A stretch of 62,566 bases of DNA, the filler included, from Basidiobolus ranarum (lineage: Eukaryota): assembly GCA_040143965.1 (NCBI GenBank). It is 6 parts of 6 records of this genome, joined end to end, with 100 filler letters (N's around TTAATTAATTAA, not from the genome) between each part and the next. Parts side by side here need not be neighbours in the genome. Positions count along the whole stretch, not along the records: positions 10,475 to 20,844 come from JASJQH010000712.1; positions 20,945 to 31,301 come from JASJQH010000713.1; 4 more parts are not named here. The stretch is one strand, 5' to 3'. Below are positions 13,839-28,892 of this stretch, piece after piece. A program made the translations under genes and the position numbers. The notes beneath the pieces are model-generated. The model was not told the origin of the DNA. It worked only from the letters and a program-made list of their open reading frames with translations, and did not search any database. The number at the start of each line of letters is the position of its first letter. Positions within the stretch are counted from its first letter, which is position 1.

Positions 13839-15315
13839 ATGGAGCCACTCCAGAAGCCTCGAAATGTTGCACATCAATTGTACAAGCTACATGGTCAGTA
13901 ATATGTTCCCAAAGATTGCAATACTCTGTGCCACTCAATTTGTTTGCACTTGTAGATTTGCTCGAAAGGGGTTTGATCGATCTGAGTAAGTGCTTTATAT
14001 GCACCAATCTATTTTATTCCCTAACTTATGCCAATGATAGCGCCAGAGTTCCAACGAGATGTTGTTTGGCCAGGTATCTATCTTGAGACTCACTATCACC
14101 GCTTGTGTGACTGGTAATTTATAATGCCAATATTTAGAGAGAAAGATGGCTCATTTAATCGATTCGGTGTTGAAGAACTTTTATGTTCCACCTGTGATTT
14201 TTTCTTGTAAACGTCTACCAGATGGACGGGTACTGAAGGTTTGTATTGATGGTAAGCAGAGACTCACGGCAGTAAGAAGGTAACATAGCTCTACCTGGAT
14301 CAAGTTTAAACATCAGTTTCTTTTGACGAACTTCTTTATCCCGGAAAGGTTTATGAGCAATGACATTCCGCACCTTGATCCTTGCATAGAAAGCTCTGTC
14401 AAAAGATATTATAAAGAGGATGCTTCCTATCCCAAACAGAAAACTCTATCACTTAGAGAACAGGAGGATTTTCAGTATTCTGAATTTGTATGCAGTACGT
14501 TTTTACTTCCTTCATTTCATTATTCCTTAACTTGAACTAAGAGGAATTGATAAACAGTCGAGTATAATGATTTGACTCCAACTCAAGAGCACGAGATTTT
14601 CTCCCGAGTACAATTAGGTGTGGCTCTGAGCGTTGCAGGTATATATCTATATATCTTCACCAAGTCACTATGAGGCTTAAAATGATTCAACAATTCTATT
14701 ACAAAAGAAAAACTACAAGCGATTGCAAGTCCCATGTCCAACTACATTCGTACTATTATTGAAGATTATCCCTTGCTCTCTAAAATCATGGATACTAAAC
14801 GGGCACGTCCGTTCTTGTTGATTGGCCAAGCACTTCACGTCATGTATTACGAGCCCGACCGTTTTATATCCACTTCACTTGCTATTGAGAAATTCTTGAA
14901 AAAAAAGGGAAATGTAGTTGCAAGTCTTCTGGTAAAGGCAAAGAGAACTTTTGAGATGTACTCCATGTTAATCCGTACATATCCAGAAATATTTGAAATA
15001 CCCACCAAAATGGCCCCAATTGAATTTGTCCTGTTTTCATATGTAATCGTTCGATATCCTGAACGTGGAAGTGAGCAGTTAAAACACGATCTACGCAATA
15101 TGAGAGAATATGTTCGCAGTATATATATCGATATTCGTTTCAACTCTGCCGTTTATGATTGTATTATGGATTTTATTGTCAATATTGATGACGAAATCAA
15201 TCGTGAATATCGTCCTACTAATGGAAAACAAAATGGCCTCAAACGTCAGTTGGATGAAGATCAAAAAGAAAACACCAAATCTAAGAGCATAAAGGCCGAA
15301 CCTATGGATATCTAG
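13839..15315 (+). CDS. DUF262 (GmrSD/SspE N-terminal ParB/Srx-like) domain protein, 7 exons
   Basis: Spliced product contains IDLTPEFQRDVVWP, LIDSVLKNFYVPPVIF, CIDGKQRLTAV and EHEIFSRVQLGVALS; canonical GT-AG introns keep frame. Confidence 0.85.
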
Positions 15316-17036
15316 ACTCTCCATTCCGATTATTAAGTAGATGGTATATGAACTACATTGCAGTGAAACGCTAATTTTCTAGGCTGTAGCTGGAAAGGCC
15401 ACCCAGTGAACACTACTACTCTTTACTTGGAGGCACCAAACGCAAGAAATACTATTAAAAATACTATGGCTTAATATGCATTTACTTCATTACTAAATAT
15501 CGACAGAATATAAACTAAATATAACAGTATCAAGTCTGCTGCATTCCATTGGGGTTTCTGGTGATTAAACTCTCAGTCATAACAATGATAATCTGTAGTC
15601 TAGCCTCCTCCCGTACACTGTCACGATATAGTATTTTGGTGTAGGTCTTTAAACCTCCATCGATCTATAAGCTTGCATTGTCAGCATAAAATCAAACCAG
15701 CTATCATTTCATCGTTTCAACTGGGATCAGGAATGATATTATAGTGTCGACAGTCAGGCCTAGTTACTTATTATCATTAACATGGCTTCTAAACATCTAC
15801 GGTAACCGAGCAGCTATCGTTACAAAGAATATGCACATGTCCAGATTGAATCCAACTCCAAACAGAATAAGGCATTTGTCCCAAAGATTTCGATCCACGA
15901 ACTGCTATTCTGGGAGAGATTTGGGACTGTGATTGTATAAATAGACTCATCAGCGTGCTAAGGTGACTAATAGAATGAATCTCACTTCTTTAATCACATG
16001 GATGGAATTCGCTGACTCTATAGTACTGAACCACTACCAATCACTTGTATGCAATAGGAGTGACAGTTCTACAGTTGGTCAGTCTGCAGTTGATGATATA
16101 AGTTGCGACCAATAATATGGGAGCTGGTGACTAACCAATGCAGTGTAACATTCAATGAGCTGGTCGTTTCTTAATTGTCCCGCAAAAGTTGATCTGTTCT
16201 CAATGATACCAGAATAGTTTCCAATCTGGAAGCGATTGAGCAACTTGTTATCATTATCACTGTAGACAAGTGGCCTTGATTGGTCTTCACTAACCTGGTG
16301 CTTGGACAGGAATAACACTGCTTAAATTAACCAACCTTCCCCCATATCAAGTAAATCAATAGGCAGTTCGTGTTGAATATAACCTGCAGTCAGTGAGATT
16401 CTTCCATCTAGAAGATTGATTTACTTTTAAAATATAGAGCTATATCAACACTCAGGGTAAAATATGCCAAATATAGGTTGCCTGTCTTCAGTTAGAGGTA
16501 CGAATTTATGAAATCCACACGATTCTCCAAGCATGTCGACATCTAGATAAATTGCTCTCAACTCCAGCAACTGAGTTGATCCAGCGCAACCGGGTGTGTG
16601 AGTGTGCTCTATCAATTGCTGGTATTCTGGGATTGGGAAAAGCAATCATCGGCCACCACAGCGAAGAGTACACTCGCTTTCTTTCTAGGGCTGAAGCTTC
16701 AATTTGTCCAAGGAGGGTTAAAAATAGCAGAATATTGTTTTTTGCTTCATCAAAATAAATAGCTTCCTAATAAGGAAAAAGGTTCGGTTGGTCGTTTATC
16801 GCAGTAAAGTTTGCGTAGCTCAAGTTGATTTTTGAATCGTTCTTATTTCAAACAGGAATGTGCCGATTCAGTAAACTACCGAGTGGTCAAGGGATCAGTT
16901 GGATGTGGGAAGTCAATATTTATATATCATCTTATCCTGGTCACTTCGATTCCTATCTTCCCTCCTGGGACTTTTTTGTTTATATTCTGATTCTAGTCAC
17001 TTTTATCGCTCGCCAAGCTCCTTTATTTACCTCAAG

Positions 17037-18509
17037 ATGCCTGTATCCATTGATGAAATCACTAGCCTCAAAGAGTTCTACACCGCTGCTGGTCAAGGTC
17101 ATGTGTTCACATTCTTTGACGATCTTTCCACTGAGAAGCAGCAGCTATTTGTAGCTCAACTCAAAGATATAGATCCTTCTTTCATCAACCGTGTCTATGA
17201 AAAAGTTACTGCTGACGAGAAAGTGACCCAAGAACAGAATGAAATCAAACCGTTCCCTGCTGAACGTTCTGGCTCCATCTTGACTGCCAACAAAGAGACT
17301 ATCGATGATTGGGAAACTACAGGTTTAAAGGCTATTGCCCAAAACCAGGTGGCAGTTATACTCATGGCTGGTGGCCAAGGTACCCGCTTGGGATCCTCAG
17401 CTCCAAAGGGTTGTTACGACATTAATCATCCCTCGCACAAATCTCTATTTCAACTACAAGCAGAGCGCATCATTCGACTCCAGTCTCTTGCTCAACAGTA
17501 TACGGAGGATGAAAGCTCTGAAGTGATTATTCCTTGGTATATCATGACTTCTGGACCCACTCACACCGCCACTATAGAGCATTTTGAACAACATGACTAT
17601 TTCGGTTTGAAAAAATCCAATGTTGTTTTCTTTAATCAAGGTATTATGCCTTGTGTCTCGTATGATGGTAAAATTCTTCTTGAAACCAAGTCTAAGCTCG
17701 CTATCGCCCCTAACGGAAATGGTGGTATTTACGATGCCCTTCGTCGCGATGGCATTCTTGATGATCTTGCTACACGTGGCATTCGTTTTATTCACAGTTA
17801 CTGCGTGGATAATTGTCTTGTTAAAGTGGCTGATCCTATGTTTATGGGTTATTGCATCTCTAAAGAAGCTGACTGCGGTAACAAAGTTGTACGCAAGGCT
17901 TATCCAACTGAACCCATCGGTGTTGTAAGTCTTCGTAACGGAAAGCCGAAGGTTGTCGAGTACTCTGAGATTGATCCATCCATGGCTGAATTGACCGATC
18001 AAGAAGGCCAACTTGTCTACAAGGCTGGTAATATTGCCAATCATTTCTACACCCTAGACTTTCTTCAGCGTGTCAAGACCTTTGAAGATAAACTTGATTA
18101 CCACGTTGCTAAGAAAAAGATCAAGCATGTCGACCTTACTACTGGTGAGAAGATCGTACCCTCTTCGCCCAATGGTATTAAATTCGAGGTATTTGTGTTT
18201 GATGTGTTTCCATTCACCGAAAACCTAGCAGTTTTTGAAGTCGATCGTAAAGAGGAGTTCTCGCCTTTGAAAAATGCTCCTGGGTCTGGTGTGGATTGTC
18301 CTGAAACTAGTTTACGCGATATTACTCAGCAGGGACTTCGCTTCCTTCAAAACTCTGGAGCAATCGTGGAAAACATCCAGGAAGATGTAATTCCTGTTGA
18401 AATATCGCCTCTGGTTTCGTACAATGGTGAAGGCTTGGAGACCCTTGCTGGGAAAGTGTTGAGCGCACCGGTGTACATCAATTCGTTAGAAGATCTTTCT
18501 AGACTTTAA
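17037..18509 (+). CDS. UAP1: UDP-N-acetylglucosamine pyrophosphorylase
   Basis: Intronless; motifs LMAGGQGTRLGSSAPKG, APNGNGG, VVEYSE, KFEVFVFDVF, EEFSPLKN. Confidence 0.97.
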   Translation: MPVSIDEITSLKEFYTAAGQGHVFTFFDDLSTEKQQLFVAQLKDIDPSFINRVYEKVTADEKVTQEQNEIKPFPAERSGSILTANKETIDDWETTGLKAIAQNQVAVILMAGGQGTRLGSSAPKGCYDINHPSHKSLFQLQAERIIRLQSLAQQYTEDESSEVIIPWYIMTSGPTHTATIEHFEQHDYFGLKKSNVVFFNQGIMPCVSYDGKILLETKSKLAIAPNGNGGIYDALRRDGILDDLATRGIRFIHSYCVDNCLVKVADPMFMGYCISKEADCGNKVVRKAYPTEPIGVVSLRNGKPKVVEYSEIDPSMAELTDQEGQLVYKAGNIANHFYTLDFLQRVKTFEDKLDYHVAKKKIKHVDLTTGEKIVPSSPNGIKFEVFVFDVFPFTENLAVFEVDRKEEFSPLKNAPGSGVDCPETSLRDITQQGLRFLQNSGAIVENIQEDVIPVEISPLVSYNGEGLETLAGKVLSAPVYINSLEDLSRL

Positions 18510-19270
18510 ATAATTGACTTGGGCAGTCTGGTATATTCACATAGCCTAAATCGTTTTTTGTAACTATTTAGATAGTTTTCTACCACGATTTCTGCCCTTC
18601 ATGTATTTTTACTTGTTCATCCTATCATTCCCACCATTGATGTACTATTTTTAAATGCCCTTGAACCAAATAACCTTCGTCTAAGTGAATGGTGAGTGGT
18701 AAATTTGTGTTGTTTTAATAAACTTGAAGCTAGCAAATTTTATTAATGCATCTTTGATTAGCAAATATCAACCAATTTTTGAGGCTGTATTTGAATAGAG
18801 GAATGCACATTAGATGACTTGATGTATCTAGAAATCTTCCTTCAGTGTGTACCGATTTTGGAGACGATGTGCTGCTCAAGACCGGTTTTTATCGTCTCTT
18901 ACGGAAATTATTATCGAAAGCATCTATATTAGGATTTAGTAATGCTATAAGTGGAGAGATTTCTAATCATTTCTACAAATTTTCATGTAACATGTAGGTG
19001 CATAGAATTTGTACTGAAGTGATCAGGATAGTGATAAACACAGAGGAGGTCTATTTTACTCGTATATGGAGTCTAACGTTAGCCTTCCACCATACCCGAA
19101 AATTTAGCATAGAAAGCTCCACTTGTCTGCTCTAGTTCAAATTTAGCGGGGATATCTTGACGCTTAACAAACTGTATATCCTAGTCAAGGTTTGGTGCTC
19201 TATTTTAGTTCTAAAGAGATGTTCCACCGTATCAAGCTAGACTAGCCCATTGCCTCCATAATGAATTTTC

Positions 19271-19279
19271 TTATCAGAT
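19271..19279 (-). promoter_or_regulatory. ATCWGATAA GATA-type (SreA/Sre1-like) site
   Basis: TTATCAGAT about 290 bp upstream of ORF 19562; near-match GTCAGATAA at about 19454. Confidence 0.3.
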
Positions 19280-19561
19280 TTCATAGAATCTTATCTAGCT
19301 TATTTTCTGAATATTCTGATCACTCCAAATATTGCATTAAGATCGCTTTAAAATGTAAATTGGATTTACTTCGAAATTCTTTGATCGTCACTATTCATAC
19401 GTAAGAGTATGGTCCAGAATGGATAAAAATGAACCATCAAAGACTGTCTCCTTGTCAGATAAATATTTTGATCTAGAATTCTGTAATGCCGAGTCATATC
19501 ATGAAATGGAAAACCTCTATTTAAGGGCCACAAGCTCATTCATTTTCGAGTAATACTTACA

Positions 19562-20149
19562 ATGAAAAACTCTCAAGAAAAGTCAGAAATTCATATCTCG
19601 CAAGGAGGAGATTTTCGCACCAAAGTCTCCAAGTTCTTACTGGATCCAATTTCATCTATTCACGTTGCTTTGATTGTTCTAATATTTACTTATTATTTCA
19701 AACCATTGGAAAAAAACTCCTCTCCTAAGGCCCAAGATGCTCAGCTGCTAGTCTTAAATAGTGTGTGGGCAGGTTTTTTACTTGCTATATCATTTATGGA
19801 AGCTTGGGTAAAGTTCTGTGCACCTACACAGATTCGAGTGCGGACTTTAGATATTGGGAGACATGTCTTTAGTGCGCTTAACAAAGTGGAAGTTGTTTTC
19901 AGCGTGCTTATTGGTTTCAATTGCGTTCGACAAGGCTCTTTCTTTGCTCAACTTGTAGGACCATTGGTCGTACTTACCGTACAGTCCGTCTGGCTACTAC
20001 CGTCGCTTATTCACCACGCTGACTGTTTATTGACGGGAAAACCTGTTCCTGGGAATACCCATCATGTTATGTATGTTCTTTTGGAGGTTGTAAAAGTGAT
20101 TACTTTCTCTTACTGTATTTCAGTTTACTATACAAGACTTACTAGCTAG
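19562..20149 (+). CDS. Multi-pass membrane protein, DUF4149/TMEM205-like
   Basis: Intronless 195 aa, about 5 hydrophobic helices, motif WAGFLLAISFMEAWVKFCAP...DIGRHVFSALNKVE, His-containing HHVMYVLLEVVK. Confidence 0.7.
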   Translation: MKNSQEKSEIHISQGGDFRTKVSKFLLDPISSIHVALIVLIFTYYFKPLEKNSSPKAQDAQLLVLNSVWAGFLLAISFMEAWVKFCAPTQIRVRTLDIGRHVFSALNKVEVVFSVLIGFNCVRQGSFFAQLVGPLVVLTVQSVWLLPSLIHHADCLLTGKPVPGNTHHVMYVLLEVVKVITFSYCISVYYTRLTS

Positions 20150-20614
20150 TTGAAAGTTAGTAAATGTATTTCTAATCTGATTAAAAGCGATTTTCCCTTG
20201 TCAAGAACAATAATCGGTTACACTTGGCACTTGAGTTACAATGATCTTGATTTTAACTCTGATTTTGAGATCAGTATTCCAATCATAGGAATGACTCATC
20301 ATCTGTACACTGATTATACAGAACTATTTGTGACTTTTCACACATATTCTTTCAATTGCTTTCCAACTAAAACTTTATATTACTTATAAATAACTGAATA
20401 CTTCTTGATACATGGTTGGGATGCAAGTAGTGATTCTAGAGAATCCCTTTCTCTTTCCATTACTTTTACTGATTTGTCATACTCTTTTGAAGGAACATAG
20501 TGGTGCCAACTTTTAGGGAATGTGATTTCATTGATTCTAAATATTCTCATGTAAGATATCAATAATAATATATTAAAATGACTGAACAATAGAGCCATAT
20601 GAGTGTGCTCTATT

Positions 20615-20844
20615 TGTTGAAATTAACATTGCCTAAACACCTATATAGTCATATATAGCTTAGTATTTAGTTATCCTACATTTCACTAAGATATTACCCA
20701 TTATTCTCAAGAGGAATATACTTAGAAGTTCTCAGATATATAGATTTTTCAAGCTTGTGCCAGAAGCCCCAAACTTTGCCCACATGCTCCTGGGACATTT
20801 CTCAACACATTCTATACGCTAGCTTTTTTACATATATACAATAC
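20615..20844. mobile_element. LTR copy truncated by contig end
   Basis: Starts TGTTGAAATTAACATTG; aligns with the 40426 copy and the reverse complement of 5164-5484. Confidence 0.8.
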
Positions 20845-20944
20845 NNNNNNNNNNNNNNNNNNNNNNNNNNNNNNNNNNNNNNNNNNNNTTAATTAATTAA
20901 NNNNNNNNNNNNNNNNNNNNNNNNNNNNNNNNNNNNNNNNNNNN
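20845..20944. other. Artificial contig-joining spacer
   Basis: N44-TTAATTAATTAA-N44. Confidence 0.98.
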
Positions 20945-22481
<1,537 letters not shown>

Positions 22482-23627
22482 GCTAATGTTTAGTGTGTTA
22501 GTCGATTTAGGTGAGTAAATGATCAGAACGTGACAATAACCTTCAAGTAAAAGCAGAAGCTAGCACTTTAAAAGCCTCGAAAAGAGTCTATGTGAAAGTC
22601 ACATGACCAATTCCAGCAAATATTATCCAAATAATTGAAAATCCAGGCCTCACTGTATCTGATTGAAAGTAGTAAATTATCGACCTTGTCTGGATCTTCA
22701 TGATATACACAACCAACCAAATGGGTTTGTCCCCGCACGATAAAGCATCAATATTGAAAGCAATCAGAGCTAGGTTTCATACAATATCAACTTGACCGAA
22801 AATTCGGGCGATTAACTCGATCTAGAAGCAGTCTTCTAATGCCAAGAGTGTGTAACAAATAGTGACACATAAATGTAATTCCTCCCCTCCCCAGCTAAAT
22901 AGCCGAATCTACTATAGATAAGCCCACTGAACACCAGATTTGGCCAATAGAATCAAATTATTTTCGGTTATCTGGTTAAAGCAATCATCACCATTACCCA
23001 AAAAAAGCACACAGTCGAGAACTCAGAGCCAAGATGAAATTTAGTGAAGGAAGCAGTGCGTCCTGAACGGTCATGATAAAGTCGATGCCTAGATACTTTA
23101 TGACAATAATATAATGTGTGACCTGTACAATTGTACTAGACTACCTTGGTAACCAACACGGCCAAGCGGAGTAGTCAATATTTGCGTGGGGGTGTCGAGT
23201 CACTCGCGCTCTAGACCTTACCAGTAACGGACAAACAGTACTTGTTAACACACGATAAATTAGCACAAACGTCTTAAGCTATCATTCGTATCACTGTCAA
23301 AAAGGGCGCCTCACCCAAGATGTTCCAGCCAAACGCCCAATGTATGAGATTTTATTGATGTTGACCCTTCGAGAGTGATCGGAGAAATATATGTCAGTCC
23401 AACACAAGGAAACTGAGCGAGCATCCATATGTTTTGGTCCATCGCAAGAAATCCTAACAAGCACATACTTCTAAAATCAGCACTAGCCTTGATAACAAGA
23501 GTATTCGAATCAATAAGAGAGGTTCAAAATTGAATTTTATAGAATAAATACAAAAGAAACAGCCAAAGAATAGAACTAATCAATAAGAATTAACGAGGTT
23601 TAATTGGTATCGAAAGAGAATTGATAT

Positions 23628-24711
23628 CTATTTAGTCTTTTGTGTATCCTCGAGATTTGCGACCATGTCATCTACTTCTTTAGCCTGTTTGCAATAGACT
23701 GATTTGGTGCTACGGAGTTCAGTATTGTAGATCTCGTCGTCAGGTTGGCGGTAGGAGCCACCGAGACGGTCCCAGAGAGTAAGGTACTGACCGTAATTGT
23801 AATTGAAATACAGGTGATGAACAGTGTGATGTGCGGCACTGTTGATAACAGGATCATGTGTGAAATATTCGCCTAGAAGACAAATATTAGACTTGACTTG
23901 AGATGAAGTATTACTTAAAAAAACTAACCATCATGAATCAAAATAGACCAGATTTGAACGAAGACAAAAAGTCCAAGGTAAAGGACCTTGTGCATGGGGA
24001 AAAGAAAAACGCAAACATGGTAAGGAAGCGATTGTACCCAACCGTCCACAGGATGGAAAGCAATCGAGGCATATGGTGTAGGGACTAAAATGTAAAGCAA
24101 TCATTAGAATTTAATCAATCACATAGTATCCTAATAATAAGCACATACCAATCCATTTGTGATGAGGCTTAATATCGAAATGAGGAGATAAGGTCGCTTG
24201 TTTAGTACATAACGATAAGACACTGTTAAAATATAATGAGTACCTTGTGGAGCATGGCATACACTGATTTGACATGTAACCAACGGTGAAGCCAGTAGAT
24301 TCCAAAATCGGTAGCCAAGAGAAACAGGAAAATACTGCCGATTAAATAGCCCCAACCGTAGTCATCGACATTTTCGTAGAGACGTGAATAACCGTGTATC
24401 TCAAACATAAAGAAAGGAACGGTCAGGAAGGCCATAAGTGGAATAGCATCAGTGGCCATTTTGATTTCTTGGCTAATCTGATCTTTGAGAAAGCGAGGAT
24501 GGTTCATTTGACGCTTGTCAAAAAACAAGTGGAAAGAGATGGTGGAGAAAAGCATATAGATAGCGTAGGCACTGAAGGCGGAGATAAACATCAAAGTACC
24601 AAATTGACGTAGAAGAGCATCTCGAGGAAGGTCAGGTAATCCGACCAGAGTGAAAGCAGAATATACTTTATCGAAGAAGTACTCGTCAGTTACCTGCAAT
24701 ACAATATCCAT
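23628..24711 (-). CDS. ERG3: Sterol C-5 desaturase (4 exons)
   Basis: His boxes HRWLH, HKPHH, HTVHH; AFHPVDG and NYGQY motifs; GT-AG introns. Confidence 0.95.
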
Positions 24712-27073
24712 AGTAAACAGTCGCTACAAAATACGAGATGAGTTGTAAAATAGAACGATCGGAATCCTCCTCTTTTATTACGGATATCTAGGAAAAGACC
24801 CAGAACAGTCCAAGTTAACTAATCTACCATATGGAATAAAAAGCGGGTGATCCACAAACGATTTGCGCGTAACCTGGTAAGCGTTTACACTTGCCTGTAG
24901 ATGAAATTGTATCACATTAGTAAAGAAACTCAAAAACTAGGTAACTGAGACGCATTGTACTCACGTGTATGCGGGCGAGACTCATTTCCAGGTTACTAAA
25001 TAAGACAAACTGTTACCAGAATAAATCATGATTGGAAGTTTTCATATATCATCAATAAATGCATACATATTTGATCGACAAGTGTAGCATCATGCAATTC
25101 TAGATCCCAAATAACTCCAGCCAGGGCAAAGCAAGGTCCAGAGCCTCAGAACAATGCTCTGAACTGTTGCAGGCAATAGTATTGCCTTAAGAGTGAGTCT
25201 TGGCATAACGATTACGATATTCCACCATAAAGATTATTCCCAGTAACACCAATACTCAGTGCTCCATTGATTTGTTTAGTTTGACTACCAATAGTGAATA
25301 GCATGAAAAACTCTCAAGTTGGTGATTTTTGCTTTAGAGACCTACAGATATCATAGGAATAAGGCGGCTATTGTTGAATTGGTATTGAGAAAAGCTAGTA
25401 GAAGCTGGTTAAAGTAATGATATCTGTGACTTGACTGAAAAGATTCAACCCTCAGCCACATGATTTGACGTCATCTAAGCCTTGTGTGTAGAACCAGCAT
25501 ATAAAAAGACATGATACAGCATGGTGTTTTTCTGTTCAATTTCGAAAGCAATAAAGGTTTAATTATATAGCAGTAATATCTTTATCTGTGACTGATTAGA
25601 GTAGGAATGACTAGCAAATATACTGAAAAGAGGAAAGGATGTAGGGATAGACCTTTATCGCATTCTAGCTATCGAGTGAGTTGGGTCATAACTAGCAATT
25701 GTTTATGCCTGACTGCAAGATTCCAATGATAGCGAGCTTCGTTGCTTGAGAGAGGACGCCCATTAAGATGAAAGTGAAGAGAAGCGCTCTGTACGAAATC
25801 CATCGTTTCTATCTTGCCGTTCATTGATTCGTCAGAGCCTCTGCTGCCGATACTCCACGTACTGCCATCTCGATTCAAGGATTCAACTAGAGGATCAAGG
25901 TTGAAGGACATGGTATAAAGTTGAAAGATGGCCAAGATAATTAGCTCTGTTAAATACCCCAGATGAACCTACCTTTGCTATTTGAGAGGAATCTACTGCG
26001 AATCAAATATTGGGCCATTTAGTGCTTAGACCACTCCTATCCAAAGGTGTTCTCACTTTCTATTTGAGAAATACTAAGCTGATCTGTCTCCAATTGTAGT
26101 GGGATTATATTGGATGTGCCTTTCGATCAACTAGCCACGGTAATTCGTATCTTTGTTTGCATTGACCACTGACAATGCATGAGCCAGATACTCGTTGGCC
26201 ATGTTTCGGCCATCGGTGCTACACAAGTTTGTTGCTCAAGTTACGATCCACCAATTGGTCAGATTAATATCCAGCACTGCACTTGACAGTTTGACGACAA
26301 AATAATTAATTCGCGCAAGTTTGTAATCACTTAACCAAAAACGCACCTTAAGCGGTATGATTCGGCGAATGATCCACTCCATGTCTCTCTCGTCCCAAAC
26401 TCTTCTCAAAGCGAGGGATTTTCCCATCAATTGATGATTCATGAATCCAAACACAACATATGAGCGAGCATGCCGTTTGTCTGTTCTTGGTAATGTGGCA
26501 TCTGCTGATTATGATTTACATTTCTTGTAAGTGGTGATCGGCGTAATGATCATCTTGACTTGCAACAATACTAAGTATTGATATTTTGTTGCAGTTTGGC
26601 CAGGCGTAATGTTTCAAATAGAATCCTTGGGTTGTTAGGTAAGTGCCACTTACATGCGTTAATCATAATAATGCCCTCATTTCGCGGATTATTTATGTTG
26701 TTTTCATTTGTCATTCAGCATGAAGTGTCTAATTGAAAATACTCTCATTTCAACAGCCAAGCGTCGTCATTGTGCTTGCAAAATTTGAATTATTTGATAT
26801 AAACAGCTATCTGAGTACGTCATGTATTTGAACATTAATTTTCAAAAAATGAAATATCAAGTTCGAATCACGTGATATCTAATTTTGCTGACGTACTGAG
26901 AGATCAATTAGTGAGGAGAAACGAAGTGAGAATAGAAAGAAAACTACGACGAACGTAAACGTGATTAATACTACGAAGTGGTTGTCTTTCTATTTTGCAA
27001 CTCTGGCACTAAGCAGTACATACCTGAATCATTTTCCATCTCAATAGTATCACCTGCACTAATATATTCTTAA

Positions 27074-28628
27074 ATGGCTGAAAAAATGGAAGTTGATGTG
27101 CCCGTAACTGAATTCTTGGCACAAGAAAGAAAGAAAGCTCCTAAGCACTTGCAAGAGTATTATATGACCTTTGAGGATCTTTATGAGCGCAAGTAAGGAC
27201 AATTATATAATATTCCTATATGAAGTTCCATTGTGTAGAAAATAACCAACTATTCTGCAGATTATGGCATCAACTCACTTGTCGTCTGGAGGAATTTGTA
27301 ACTCAGCCAGAATGTGGACCTTTTTTGGTTCCTTTATATCAGCATTTTGTCTCTGATTGGGCCAAGAAGATGAACAAATTGAAACTTGTAGGTTTCGCGC
27401 TTTCTGCAGCTGCTCAGTTCCAAGGTACGTTAATTTATGGGTAGTTCTAATAAATATACAAGTCTGCAGAATTAATATTCTATTTAATGTCTAGATTTTC
27501 AAGAAGCTATCAAGTTTTTATCTCCTCTCACCGAGAAAGTAAATACCCCTGAAACTCAAGATGCCTATGTTCTTGCCATAATGGAAACTGCTAGCTTCAA
27601 ATTACTTCTTAGTGATTCGGATGGAACCAAGGAGGCCATGGATGAAAGTGAAAAAATCCTCGAAAAATTCGATAGCGTAGAGACTATTATTCATGCTAGT
27701 TTCTATCGAGTTTCGGCACAATATTACAAAGTCAGAGCATTATACTTGATTATTCCTATTTCGAATTTTTTCTTAACAGTACTTTATTTAGGCCAAGGCG
27801 GACTTCGTTCAATATTACAAGTGTGCTCTTCTTTTCTTAGCTTGTGTTAACCTTGATGACCTATCGGATGTCGAGAAGGTCGAGCGTGCATATGATCTAT
27901 CATTGGCCGCTCTCCTCGGTGAGACCATTTATAATTTCGGTGAATTGGTAAGCAACAAGGATAGCAAATGTTTTCCGAAGGCAATCACATTAACAACCTT
28001 TTGTTATATATTGTATAGCTTATGCATCCTATTCTCGAAGTCTTAAAGGTAGGGGAGCACGAATGGTTGTATAAGCTTCTTTTTGCTGTCAATGCCGGTG
28101 ACATTGGCAAGTTCGAAGCATTATCTACACAATTTACAAAGCAAGTAAGTGTATTCGCATAAAACCATTCTATTAGCTAACAACTAAAGTAAGCTATCAT
28201 ACCATAGCCCCTGCTTGAAAGCTACTCAGCCTTCCTTAGACAGAAGATATGCTTGATGTCACTCATCGAATCTATTTTCAAGCGTTCGGCTGATAACCGA
28301 CGAATCGATTTCTCAGACATTGCCTCAGAAACTAAGCTTCCAGTTGATGAGGTATGATCTCTCATTGTGCCTACGGATATTTGTCAATAGATTTGCTAAT
28401 TGATGTTTTCAGGTCGAACATCTTGTTATGAAGGGACTTTCACTCAACTTGATTCGCGGCTCTATTGACCAAGTTGAGCAATCAGTACACATCACCTGGG
28501 TGCAATCTCGCTATATGGATATCAATCAAGTTGATGGAATGAAGTTACGTCTCAATGAATGGAGTCAAAATGTCGATAAAATGGCCAACTTGATGCAAGA
28601 TATGACCCCAGAACTATTTATTCAGTAG
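27074..28628 (+). CDS. RPN9: 26S proteasome lid subunit (PCI domain), multi-exon
   Basis: FEDLYERKLWHQLT, LAALLGETIYNFGELLMHPIL, LRQKICLMSLIE, VEHLVMKGLSLNLIRGSIDQV. Confidence 0.95.
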
Positions 28629-28892
28629 AATGATTCTACCAGTGAGTCAATATTCCATTTCTTCGTGTAGCTAATATACTCTTCCCTTCACCATTTCTAT
28701 TACGACGTTGATAATCGTTACAAAACGAGAAATAAAGAGGCAGTCAGTCAGTCAAAGGTGACCACATAGTGGATGGAAAGTCATTTAATTGGTATATGGC
28801 ACAATATTCTCGAACTTTTGAGGGCTAATTTACTAATGGCCCAAGTAATTTGGAATTAACCTTTAATGCAAATGTGAGGAAATATGAAATGC

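Noticed and set aside
15700-16760. Short ORFs between the DUF262 gene and UAP1
   Set aside because: No recognisable domain or coherent exon chain
17454-18044. 196-aa antisense ORF inside UAP1 (and similar antisense ORFs in the arrestin, CTR and gene A)
   Set aside because: Shadow ORFs on the opposite strand of real genes, with no motifs
25300-26500. Possible decayed gene between ERG3 and RPN9
   Set aside because: Short minus-strand ORFs with no identifiable homology by eye
26861-26876. GTTCGAATC as a tRNA T-loop
   Set aside because: No flanking stems or A-box; it sits in the RPN9 upstream region next to a CACGTG E-box
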